A stretch of DNA of 63,312 nucleotides, filler included, from Stramenopiles sp. TOSAG23-3 (Eukaryota): NCBI GenBank assembly GCA_900128585.1. It is 10 parts of 10 records of this genome, joined end to end, with 100 filler letters (N's around TTAATTAATTAA, not from the genome) between each part and the next. Parts side by side here need not be neighbours in the genome. Positions count along the whole stretch, not along the records: positions 21,787 to 32,571 come from LT642788.1; positions 32,672 to 43,447 come from LT642789.1; 8 more parts are not named here. One strand, given 5' to 3'. The notes under the pieces are model-generated. The model saw only the letters and a list, made by a program, of their open reading frames with translations. It was not told the DNA's origin and searched no databases. Positions 21,687-33,396 of this stretch are shown piece by piece. Every line of letters begins with the position of its first letter. Positions within the stretch are counted from its first letter, which is position 1. Position numbers and translations under genes: made by a program.

Positions 21687-22169
21687 NNNNNNNNNNNNNN
21701 NNNNNNNNNNNNNNNNNNNNNNNNNNNNNNTTAATTAATTAANNNNNNNNNNNNNNNNNNNNNNNNNNNNNNNNNNNNNNNNNNNNGCCGCTTTTCGGTA
21801 CAAATTAGGGTCCTAGGAGGTACCTGGTACGGTACGGTACCTAGGTACCGAGGTACCGAGGCACCGTATTATTATACGTATAGGAGGAGTCCCGTACCCT
21901 TCTTGGTACCAAGGGTGGAGGAGAATAAGTTGCGAGTGGGTGGTGCGAGGAGTGACTGCCGGCGGTCGAGTTTGTATAGAAAGAGTTAGTCATATGTACA
22001 TTTGTGGGGTGAAAGCTTCAAGATCCCTTTTTGTATATTTAGTGTTCGTAAGAATCAAACTGCGTTTCGTAAAAAATTTACAGACCCTGTTAAATTTGTT
22101 GGACGAGATCTTGGAATTAGTGTATATTGATTGACCGCAGACAGCTTCAACGAAAGCAATAATACTGCA

Positions 22170-23945
22170 ATGCCGAAAAAAGCCGACTGGTTGGACGGCG
22201 AAGCCGGTCACAAAGAGTCGTCCTCGTCTTTTACAATAAACAATCATTTTGCCAGAAACTATGAGCAGCGGAAGCGAAAACAGGAAATTGTGAGCTTGGA
22301 GCAAAAGAAGAGGCAGAGTGGGGCGTACGATGATGACAGCGAAAGCTCAAGCGAGGAGGAAGATGAGAACGCAGAATTGCTGACGCCTTTAGTGGAGGCT
22401 GGCGTTATGCGAACACTTCAGCTTATCAAGGAAAGAGACCCGGCAATTTACGACAAAGACAAAGTTTGGTTCGATGATAAAAATTTGGGACCAGCAAAAG
22501 AAAAAAAAAAGAAAGAAGAAAAAGTGACGTCTTACAAAGATTACATGCGCGAAAGGATCGAAAACGCAGCAAAAAGGGGTTACGCTTCTGAAGAGGATAG
22601 TGACGCGGAAGACGAGGCGGGGAGCCGTCGGGCCAAACACGCCAGCCTTAGCGTTCAATCTAAAGCATACGATCAGGAGCAGCGGGACCTGCGAAAAGCA
22701 TTTTTGGAGAGTGGCAAAGGAGAAACGGTAGATAACGAAGAAGAAGACATGTTCTTAAAGCCCAAAGTCAAATCTGCAGAAGAGGAGGCCCGAGACGCAG
22801 AGGAGGCAGAGAAATTGCGGAAGGAACAGGGAAGCCATTTGCCCGAGAACGAGAAGGGCGCACTGAACCGTTTCTACGAGGATGAAGGCAGCCTTAACAA
22901 CACGGACAAGTTTCTTCGAGATTACATTTTGAACAGACGGTGGGATGATTCGACTGACGGGTTTGTGCCAAGCAGCCGGTCACGGTCGGGGGGCGTCGAA
23001 GACGAAGATAGGGACTACGACGATGTGGAGAAAGCCGAAGAGTACGAGAAGACGTATAACTTTCGTTTCGAAGAAAGCGGGGCCAATCGGGTAGTTTCGT
23101 ATTCCAGAAACGTTGAGGGTTCGATGCGAAGAAATGACGATACCAGAAAAAAAGAACGGAGAGAAAGGAAAGACCGCAAACGTCTAGAAAAACAGAAGAA
23201 GCGAGAAGAACTAAAGCGGCTGAAAAACTTGAAGAGGCAAGAAATGGAAAAAAAGCTCCAGGACATTGAAAAAGAATTAGGAATGGAAGGGCAGCTATCG
23301 GGAACTTTCGATATGGACTTACTAGAGGGAGACTTCGATGAAGAGGCTTTCGACAAAAAGATGAATTCACTCTACAACGAGGATTACTACAACGAACAAG
23401 GGGAGGGAGAGGAAGCAATCCCCACCGAAGATACAGAAGCGCTCCAGGAGGACAACCCTATAGTGCAGGATTCAGTGCCCGCCGGCGAAGGAGAAGCCCC
23501 GGCCAGCTCGTCGGCGCCATCGAAACAGAAAGTCTTGGAAGCAAAGAGAAAGGCGATATTGAACAAACATTTAGAGGACATGTATGAACTGGATTACGAA
23601 GACGTTATTGGGGGCATGCCCACTCGGTTCAAATACCAGTCGGTAGCGAAAGACGGCTATGGGCTCAGCGCGGAGGAAATATTGGCCGCTAACGATAGCA
23701 CCCTCAACCAGTTCGTCCCATTGAAAAAACTCGCACCTTACCGAGACATGAATTGGTTAGCTTCCGGAAAGGCCCGCAAAAACTTTCGCTCAAAGCACAG
23801 GAAAGAGCAAGCAGCTTTTGCAGCAAAGCGAGCGGCAGAGAGCAGCAAAGACCAGAATAAAAAGGGGGGTAAGAAAAGCAAGAAGAAGCGTAAGATCAAA
23901 GCTGGCGATGTTTCGGAATCTCGGCTTGATAGTTACGGGTTGTAA
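22170..23945 (+). CDS. KRI1: KRI1 ribosome biogenesis protein
   Basis: FTINNHFARNYEQRKRKQE, DKFLRDYILNRRW, YNFRFEE, ELKRLKNLKRQE, LDYEDVIGGMPTRFKY, LNQFVPLKKLAPYR, SRLDSYGL; first ATG at 22170. Confidence 0.95.
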   Translation: MPKKADWLDGEAGHKESSSSFTINNHFARNYEQRKRKQEIVSLEQKKRQSGAYDDDSESSSEEEDENAELLTPLVEAGVMRTLQLIKERDPAIYDKDKVWFDDKNLGPAKEKKKKEEKVTSYKDYMRERIENAAKRGYASEEDSDAEDEAGSRRAKHASLSVQSKAYDQEQRDLRKAFLESGKGETVDNEEEDMFLKPKVKSAEEEARDAEEAEKLRKEQGSHLPENEKGALNRFYEDEGSLNNTDKFLRDYILNRRWDDSTDGFVPSSRSRSGGVEDEDRDYDDVEKAEEYEKTYNFRFEESGANRVVSYSRNVEGSMRRNDDTRKKERRERKDRKRLEKQKKREELKRLKNLKRQEMEKKLQDIEKELGMEGQLSGTFDMDLLEGDFDEEAFDKKMNSLYNEDYYNEQGEGEEAIPTEDTEALQEDNPIVQDSVPAGEGEAPASSSAPSKQKVLEAKRKAILNKHLEDMYELDYEDVIGGMPTRFKYQSVAKDGYGLSAEEILAANDSTLNQFVPLKKLAPYRDMNWLASGKARKNFRSKHRKEQAAFAAKRAAESSKDQNKKGGKKSKKKRKIKAGDVSESRLDSYGL

Positions 23946-24976
23946 ATGAAATGCTGAAGAACGCTGACCTCGAATAAACCCTATCATTAACATGATCTAC
24001 ACATAATCATGAAACACAAACACTACTAATAATTATTAAAAACAGTTTCAATGCTCTCTTCTGTAATTTCTCACCATAATATTTTCATTGTTCCTCGTCT
24101 TGTTACTTGCTATTGCTACCGTATAGTATTACAATATACAAATAAATACTAGCAGATAAGCAGACGACTACCATCTTCCCTCCCTATAGTATTGTTATAT
24201 TATTTTATTATAAATAGACTAATACAACACTCCTCGTAAGCCTAATACGCCATTGCGTCCTTACGCCTCCACAAATTATAGAAGAAGTTTTCTTTCTTGT
24301 TGAGTTCATGGAAGAGGATTGCCACAAATTCTTCTTCATCTCTTTTTTTTTTAATTAATTTTTTTCCATTTTTTGTGTGTGTCCTCTCCTCGCGGTATCA
24401 ATCTCGCAAAACTTGTTCTTTTATGAATTAATAGGTATATTAGAATACATACAAGTACATATACATTTCATTTCATTCATTTGTTTCTGCTTGAAACCAA
24501 TATAATTATTACATTCTAAAATAGAAGAAACAACAGGTAAATAATATGGGATTGATTTTTTTCTGGTCAGCGATGACGCGAAATGGAAAACTTATTCTAT
24601 GTACCTGTTACCTCTATTCTTCTTTTTTTTGACAATTAAAATATGTACGTGCTGTCGACCTGCTGTTGGATTCGTATAGTTACGAGTACAGAAGTGTTGC
24701 TCATATGGAATTTAACAGCAGCATAGATATAGTAGGGACAGGGAAGGGTTAGTTAATTAACAAATCCAATTATGGTGGGGATTTGTCTTGCCGTACCGTA
24801 TGTATAGTTTTACTTCCCAATAGATACGCGTTGGTGCGTATTAAACGTGAAACCATTTGATTTGTTTGTGCGTTTGTTCATTTACAAATTAATTAACACC
24901 ACTTTGTATACGAACTATCGCATGAATTAAGAAGGAGTTGAGTTTTTGTATTACGGTACGATTTCGAAGAAAGAAA

Positions 24977-26575
24977 ATGGGTGCATATCTTTCCGAGCCG
25001 ATAACGAAGAAGCACAGGGAGTCCGGGTGCCTTGAGAAATATGGTGGCGAATATGCCACGTGCTCCATGCAAGGTTGGCGGAAGCACCAGGAGGATGCGC
25101 ACATACATCCACGTTACTTTGTGCGAAACGCCAGCGATAGGGAGCAAGACGGTTTAATATTTGCCGGGGTGTATGATGGTCACGGGGGCGCCGAAATTGC
25201 AAGGTATGCTGCGAGTAACATAATTGATGTATTGGTCGATTTGCCAGAGTACAAGGCTGGGGCTTACGAAAAGGCAATGCAAAAGATGTATTTGCGCATA
25301 GACGAGAAAATCAAAACACCCCAAGCACAGTCTGAGCTTAAGAAGCTGGAAGAAGCTGCCCTTCACCAAGAAAAGGTAGACCGCCAAGAAATGAGAGAAG
25401 GGAGGGAGAAGAAGAAAGGTGCTAATAGCAAGGAAAAGAGCACAGCCTCGGCCTCTGGTGGTTCTGAGATACAAAACAACGCGCACGAGGAACTTCCTGT
25501 TGCTGCTGAACAGAAACCGGGGTCACCAGAGCTGGAAAAAGACGCGCTCGGCGACGCAGGTGATACTGAAGCAGTTGTTTTAACCCCTGAAATGTTTGAA
25601 GGAATTACCAATAGTGAAGACTTTGAGAAAAAGATTATGAGTATCATAGCTGCCAATCACGCTGGCAGCGACCCCGCTTCCGAAGAGCAGAAGAAATCAG
25701 CAAAAGCTATCTCGGCCGCGCCGGAGAAGCGGGAAAAATCCGCTCATGTTCATCCCAACGAGGGTAAACCAGATTCAGAGAGTATGCAAAGCACGAATGA
25801 TAAGCCCACCGAAGCCAGCTCATTTAGCGATGGCAGCAGTACCGTTGAGCAAGAATTAGACCCAGATTCGTACGGAATTCATTCGGGATGTACTGCAACC
25901 TCCGTTTTGATCGTGAATTATTCCAAGGTAATATGCGCGAACGCAGGTGACACTCGGTGCGTCCTGTCTCGCGGCGGAGTCGCAATACCGTTATCTAGAG
26001 ATCATAATCCTGACCAAAAAGATGAATATGAAAGAATCTACAAAGCAGGAGGCACAGTCAACGAAGAGGGTAGAGTAGAAGGAAATTTAAATCTCTCTCG
26101 TGCCTTAGGGGATTTGTTTTACAAGGAAAACAAAGCGATACCTGCTGAAGAACAAATGATTACATCGAACCCAGAGATACAAACCATCACCCTTTCCCCG
26201 AAAGACGAATTTTTGATAATCGCATGTGATGGCATTTGGAACGTAATGGAAAATCAGGAAGTTATTGATTTTATTCGCAAAGCGCTCTCCAAAGGCAGCT
26301 CCCTTGCCGATGCCGCCGCAGCACTTTGTGACGCTTGCCTTTCAGACGGATCTGATGGTGACGGCACAGGATGTGACAATGAGAGCGTGGTTTTGTTGCA
26401 ACTGAACAAGTCTTTAATATTAAACAAAGGAGAACCTTCAGACATTCCTCGGGTTGTGTCTGGAGGACCACCATCTGCATTGAAAAGAAGAAACAAGGAC
26501 GATGCTGAATCCAATGGCAGCCCAGGGAATGATGATAAACGCCGGAGAAAGTCTCCTCACGGGCGAGAGAATTAA
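24977..26575 (+). CDS. Protein phosphatase 2C (PPM1G-like) with charged insert
   Basis: MGAYLSEP start, SMQGWR, YDGHGG, SGCTA, ANAGDTR, LNLSRALGD, IACDGIWN, GCDN. Confidence 0.95.
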   Translation: MGAYLSEPITKKHRESGCLEKYGGEYATCSMQGWRKHQEDAHIHPRYFVRNASDREQDGLIFAGVYDGHGGAEIARYAASNIIDVLVDLPEYKAGAYEKAMQKMYLRIDEKIKTPQAQSELKKLEEAALHQEKVDRQEMREGREKKKGANSKEKSTASASGGSEIQNNAHEELPVAAEQKPGSPELEKDALGDAGDTEAVVLTPEMFEGITNSEDFEKKIMSIIAANHAGSDPASEEQKKSAKAISAAPEKREKSAHVHPNEGKPDSESMQSTNDKPTEASSFSDGSSTVEQELDPDSYGIHSGCTATSVLIVNYSKVICANAGDTRCVLSRGGVAIPLSRDHNPDQKDEYERIYKAGGTVNEEGRVEGNLNLSRALGDLFYKENKAIPAEEQMITSNPEIQTITLSPKDEFLIIACDGIWNVMENQEVIDFIRKALSKGSSLADAAAALCDACLSDGSDGDGTGCDNESVVLLQLNKSLILNKGEPSDIPRVVSGGPPSALKRRNKDDAESNGSPGNDDKRRRKSPHGREN

Positions 26576-26645
26576 AAAATTAAAATGCGTAAAAAGCTAA
26601 AATCTTTAAAAAAACAAATTTGACAAATAATGCTGATACTCTAAT

Positions 26646-26668
26646 ATAACAGCCAATTTTTTGTTTTT
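26646..26668 (-). promoter_or_regulatory. Conserved gene-tail element, copy 3
   Basis: ataacagccaattttttgttttt, between the convergent PP2C and VPS13 stops. Confidence 0.55.
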
Positions 26669-26816
26669 AATGAATAAGGAGTAAGACATACTTTTTTTAA
26701 GTTAACCAATAACTAAAATGGTAAAAAATGAGAGAGTTTTAAAGCATACTATATAATTGTTTTTTCACTAAAATGGAGTCACATGTATTTTTGAATGGTT
26801 TAACTTTTTTCGATCT

Positions 26817-29800
26817 TTAGAGCAACTCCATTATGATAGTGGCAAAACTTTGAGCTTCCGCTTCTGAAAGACCAACTGGCGTCGGAATGTAGGTATAATC
26901 CCACGATGATTCTACACCGAGCTTTTTGCTTGCAGCATTGTAGTCAAATATGCTTGACAAATAAGTAGTCCACAAGTCAGCATCTACGGCTGTCGAAGCA
27001 CTAAGCAAGAGTTTTTTGTGGTGTCCTTTTGCTGTTTTACCAAACATGTTCAGTTTTGTGCTTTTTATGACACTTCCATCATCCGTCGATATTGTGAAAG
27101 CATGCGAAAATGCGTTCCCGTGCATTTCTGGTGGTCGCCTAGTACATACAAGATTTTGAGATCTTAAATCGACCCGTGCGTTTCCGGAGCTCTCTTCAGC
27201 GATTTGCATTTTTGACGAGTTTACCAGTTTACAAACGACATTGGCATCAGACAGATCCTCTTTCTTCAGACCGTTGCTTTCGCGCAGACTGCATTTTAAT
27301 GAAAACATCTTCTCATCTATGACATTGACTACATTCTTTAACCCATTACGATCGCTTTCAAACCCCGTTATTTCCACTGTTGAGTTTCTCATGAGCATAT
27401 GAGGATTGCTAGTAGTGACAAACACCAACATTGTTTCAACACCATCAATGCTCCCTGGAAATAGATCCCACCCAACAATTTTTAAAGAACGCACTTTGTC
27501 GTATGAAATATGGTCCCTTGAAGCGACGAACCAACGTTTTTTATGGGTTTTCACTTTACCGCCTTCTTTTATTAACGGGCCTTTCTTGCTTTCATATAAA
27601 CTGTCGGTTCTTATTCTCAGTTCAAATTTGCCGAGAACAGAACGATGCTCAGTAACTTCAACCGACTCCACCGTACTGAGTGGCCACATCCAGGACACTA
27701 CTGCATTTTTCAAGCGTTTGATGTCTGGGACATGTACCATCAAAATCCTATTTTCTGTCACCAGAAGCCAACGGGCACTTTCCTCAAAGTTCCCTGCGTT
27801 ATCTTTCCCCCGGATAATAAGGTAATGTACCATATCTTCGTCCCGGTAAGATCCATGGGAAACCTTTTTCAGCATGAGGTGCCCCATGGCATCGCAGTCA
27901 TTAAACGTTCGAAATGCAATATTGTTGAGTTTTGAGAATGATCTTGGCAACCGTATTCTTCCAGCAATGTATGTCTGCTGCTGCTTGCGTGCCAAAGCAA
28001 GGAGCCGGGAATCATGCCCAGTGCTACGATCGACATACGCTTTCACCCCCTGAGAAGTTTTTGTGACACCATGTAGAATACCTGCAATCGGCTTCATTGG
28101 CACCCCAACAACCCCCTTAATAGCCCCTTTGGCAAAACCTTTAACCCCACCCATTTTTGCCCCCTTGATGGGCTCTGTTACAATCCCAGTTACGCCCTGG
28201 AAGAACCCCATCGCAACAGCCCTTCCGCCCGCTTTGAGGTTCCAGCGCAGCCCATGATAGCCGCGATCAATATCACGAATGCCCTTGGCAGCGTTGATGT
28301 ATTCTTTGTCAAAAGTAAGATATGCAGCCCCAATATTTGCATACTTGGCTGCCCCACCCAAAACTCCAAATGTCGCTGACGAAGAACTGGAAATCAAATT
28401 TTTTACGCCAGTGGCAGCACCGTCCTTAAATCCTTTCATTCCTCCACCTTTCAGTCCAACAGCTGGTTTGTATACTAAGTCTACTACCCCGCCGAATACA
28501 CTCGCCGGGGTGCCGAGAGCACTAGATTTAGAAAATATTTTCAAGACTTGAACCGTCGCCATAGTTGTATAGTGCTTGACTAACTTTGATGTTAAATCAC
28601 CTATTTCTCCGACGTAATTTGGAATTTCTTTCAAATCAAGGGTCAACATGGCTGCTTCAAAATGAGAAAGGGATAACAGAAATTTCAAAAATCCGACTTT
28701 TCCCGCGTTGCTTGTTTTGCGAATAGCACTGGCAAGTTTGTTTTGCGCGCGACCAATAAAATTGGACTGTTGCACCGTATCATCCTCATTTTCATCTGCC
28801 CCTGTGTTGTGGTCATCCTTTTGGTTGTCGCCTCCCCACGACAGTCTTACAAAAATTCCAGATATGTAAGCAATTCGACAGTACATTTTCTTTTCGGATT
28901 TACTCGATATTTCTTCTTGCTCAATGAATGTCCCTGCACGCAATAATGTATAAATGTTATCATGTTCTTCAGGAATCTCAGGGGAGGCAATGTTCACTTT
29001 ACTTGCGCGATCGTTCATAATCGCTAACGCCATACTCACAACACCTTTCGCTAATTGTTCATCAATAGTTACGTCCAGGGGCGCTATACTAAAGTTTATA
29101 TGATCAAAATAGTCTATTTCTGTGTGAGAAACATCTCTGGCGAAGCATATGTGAAGAGCAGGTTGGTCGCACGGGTTTTTTTCCTGACGTTTGATGCCTA
29201 CCCAAGGAAAATATGCCGAACAGTGGGAACACTGAGACACATCGTAATGGTCACTGTGTGGCACACTGGCTTGGGTACTACCACGAGCCAACTGTTTTTG
29301 GCAAAAAACAATTGGGTACGATGACTTTTCCATTTGGTTGTCTGCCTGCATAAGACCGACCGAGAGGCCTGTTCTTTTTTCACTACCAGCTAAAGTTTCA
29401 TAATAGTGGATGGCGTGCAAGGACAGGTACACTAGTTCTTGCCTTACATGGTTGGGCTCTTCTTCTGGTATATAGTCATCAATTAGAGAAATACCTAATA
29501 ATGGAAGATGCACATGCAGCGAACTGGTACTTACATCACCAACTTGAGAAATCCGGAAGGCATCTACAACAGAACGTCTTGCGCGGCGGTTGGTAGACCC
29601 ACTTCGCTTCAGCCTTGTTAAGATCTTCGGCATTCTACGTTTTGATTGTGTTTTTTTGAGCGATAATTCACTTCGTACAAATGTCAATACTTTAGATATC
29701 CCCACAACACTTATTCTGTACTCAATATCCTGGTTTAGTCTCTTGCGTTTTTTCGTGACATTGTCCAACGTAATAATGTCTTCATATGAAGGACCACCAT

Positions 29801-32571
29801 GCACTTTCATCTTCACTTTCAGCGATCGGTGGGGAATATACGGCAACTCCCAGGCAAAGTGAGATAAAGCATCTGTGCCACCCTCAAGAATTCCCCAATT
29901 ATTGTTGTTATCGCGAGACTGCTGAAATTCGATTCTGACGTCGAGCGTTTCATTTTTGATAAAGTATGGAGCATATTTTAAATCTTCAGGCCTAAATTTG
30001 ATCAATACCTTTGCACCTTGCTGTCGAATATTTACACGCAGAATGTACTGTGAAATAGTCCCGTTCGCATCAGCTCTTTTCATCAATAAATCAAAATCTT
30101 CCGTGACATTTAATGGAAAAAATCCAGACCACAGTGAGCCGCTCGTTCCAAATCTTACACACAGTTGTTTGGTAGCATTTGAGCGCGGCCAATGAAATGG
30201 GTGAGACTTTTCGTTTGCTTCCAGTATTCCCTCATGCTCCATTTCGCTCGTTTGGAATATGTCGATGCTTCCTTGCCGAAGGTACAGCCTTTCATTTAAT
30301 TCATTTATCAGCACAAACCTTGGAGAAAACTTTATTCCTGCAGAATGTGCATACAAGCCTCCTAAATCGTGTGATTGAAGACTGAGCTGGTAAGACTTAG
30401 GTTCCGAAACGACCTTTAGATCGACATAATTTGATAACGATTTGCTTAATTCTATATCAGTCGACCAAGACGACTGCCGGCATCTCACTCGAATATTCTT
30501 TGTACCAATAAGAAGAAAGCTTCCCCATTGTTGTATTGAAGATTTTGTAAGGGTAACATTTGAATGATCGCCCACAGTCTGTTCGCTTTCAACACACTCC
30601 AAATGATGGCGTAAATATATTCGGCCATTATTGGAGGAATGAACACTTTCCATGGTTTCAATAAGGTCAATTTTATTCGGTGGATAGCTAATATCGCTTG
30701 AAAAGAAGTATTCCTTCTGATCTTCGAGTTTGAAACGTTCGCAGAGTGTACGGAGAAAGTCTGCTAGTTTTGCATCAGACTCAATTGACGAGGTGATAAA
30801 TTCAAACGAATTCAGGGGGGAATATACGTCAAACTTTAAAATTTCGCCCTGAAATTCTTGCCGAACAGAGCTTCTCTTGGGTGTCCCTGAAGGTTGTTGA
30901 ACAGATTTAGACTGCAAGACATAAAATGGCATCGTCTTCTTTGAACCGGTATTCATTCTCAAACTCAACGATTTGGAAAGCTTTGTCAGCAGATTTCGGC
31001 TATATAAGGGTGCTATATTAATTTCCGTTCCACTACAATTTTCGATCCAGTAGGAGCAGTACACAAAAATTTCATTTTCGTTAGTCATTTTACACTGGAG
31101 TAGCAAGTCAGGACACTTTAAAGTCTGCTGTTCGTCGTCGTTCCATTCAACCCCCTCCAGTAGAAGATCTATCGGCTTTAACTCTTTTCGAAACATCCCA
31201 TCTTTGCGAAGTTTCAATTCAACATCTTGGCTCCATTGGTAATTTGGCAAAAAAATTTGCATGGAAATCCCATCAGATGACGAATTTAACGCATGGATGG
31301 GAATAGTATTTTCAGGCGGCAGTACTCCCATAGCAAAAATGCTCCCCGTTTCGTCTGACAGCCGGTATTTTGAAGGTTTAGGTAATAAATTTTGCAACTG
31401 CATCACCGGTTTGATAAAAATATCTGTGGTGGTATGCGTACTCTTCGAGCGTTTGCGATGTTGTCCTTTGCTTACTTGTGTTTTAATGGGAGTTAACTGA
31501 ATCAAAGTTTGAAAATGCCAGGAGTGCTGTTGGCGCATTCTAAAGATGCCATGGTTCCTGTGCTTTCTACGGGGAGACGTGGTCTTCTTGTCACGGGCTT
31601 TCTTGTTACCGGCTTCAGTGGTGGTACACATACAGTACCTTTCAAAACGTAAGGATCGGCGAAGTTTCAATCGGCTTTTACTATTTGTTTCAATTTTATT
31701 CCAATCATAGCTTGAATTTGGTCGCACTTCAATGGTAAGACTATTTGGGTTTAAATTGATGGGCACGAAATATTTTTCACCAGGTTCTAATTGAACTTCC
31801 AACGGCTGAGGTGAGTCTCCTGCCGCTTGCTTTCCATGACTATCACTTTTCTCAGAAAATCTGAAGAAAAGCTCATTTGTGCAGCTATTTGTGACAGACC
31901 ATGCTGAACGCACACGTGCGTACTTTTGCCCCCTTGAATCTATGTTTACGTCAACAACACAATCATAGTGCTGTGGGTGACGGTGCTTTTTTGCGATAGA
32001 GTTTTCGAGCGTAGTCAGACCTCTCTTTAAGACTGCAGTTTTTGCCAAGGCCCAACCCCTAGAAATATGGGTCTTTTTATCTTCCGCTTGATTAAATTTT
32101 AAGCGTACGGCGTACAATCCCACTGAGGCGATATCAAACCGCCCCGTTTCAAACCCTTCATTGGCGAATTTCAGGTAGACAGAAAGAACACCTCTCGTGG
32201 AATGCCGTCTTTGTTTAATGTCTGAGGTAGAAATAACTTCAAGATTCATGGATTGGCTATCGTTCAACTCTTTCCCCCTCACGTTTGGACCTGCAAATAC
32301 AAGCGCAGAGCAACCACAGTGATTGTACAGAAAGCAGTACATTTCTTCGCTTCTTGCAGATCGAATTTGCGACTGGTCAGCAAAATAATTGTTGTAGTTC
32401 AGATATTCAAGCAGGTTCGAAGATACGTTGATGTTCATATCGGTATTTCGCAGTTCACTTTCTACCACATTAACTTCAATATCACTTTTTTCACCTTTAC
32501 GAAGGGTATCTACTTTGAACTTTGTCAATTCCAGCACCGGTTCCCAATCGTCTGCCCTCACATTAAAATAT
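26817..32571 (-). CDS. VPS13: VPS13-family lipid transfer protein, C-terminal part (5'-truncated)
   Basis: FSPRFVLINEL, PFHWP, WSGFFPL, PYFIKNET, QELVYLSL, MQADNQME..YPIV, GITEPIKGAK-like GIVTEPIKGAKMGGVKGFAKG (ATG2_C-like), RIRLPRSF, followed by PH-like segments; open at contig edge. Confidence 0.9.
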
Positions 32572-32671
32572 NNNNNNNNNNNNNNNNNNNNNNNNNNNNN
32601 NNNNNNNNNNNNNNNTTAATTAATTAANNNNNNNNNNNNNNNNNNNNNNNNNNNNNNNNNNNNNNNNNNNN

Positions 32672-32673
32672 TT

Positions 32674-32741
<68 letters not shown>

Positions 32742-32772
32742 TTTCTTCTTCTTTTTCTTCTTCTTTTTCTTC
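32672..32772. repeat. (TTTC)n microsatellite at contig start
   Basis: Direct reading. Confidence 0.9.
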
Positions 32773-33396
32773 GTTGAATTTGAAAATACGTTTTTACTTT
32801 AAGTACTTCTTTTAAATTTTTGTATATTCATATTACATAAGATATAAATACGTTGGTATTTAAAAAAGATTAAATTAATATATTACATTTGTTTTTAATA
32901 GACGACATAGTCAATCAATCAAAGCTGATTTTTTTGTTTCTTCTTCTTCTTCCAGAAGAAAGAAAAAAAGTAAAATTATTATTTTATTATTTTCTAGAAA
33001 GACACGACGATATTATTATACTTAAAATTTAATATTAGTATATATTAATATTATTATTCCTATAAAAGAACTTTCTTCTTTTTTTCTTCGTTGGATGAAT
33101 TTTGATAAAATACTCATCGTCTATGATATTTCGCTGTACCGTACCTGGTAGTACCCCTTAGTAGGAATACTAGAAAGAAAAAATTAATAATATTAATCTC
33201 GTCGGCTTTCCTACCCCCGCCACATCACGCCTAACTCCGCCTAACGCCCTATATATAATAAAATGAATTTATTTGTACTACGGTACGAAGAACCGAACAG
33301 TAAAAAAAAAAGAACAAATTTTTTATAAAAAAACTTTACATAATGAGACAGTCTAGAGATACCGTTTTACCCCAAAGAACCAACGCATTAATTTTT

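Noticed and set aside
25340-25860. Long charged insert within PP2C
   Set aside because: Ordinary for PPM1G-type phosphatases
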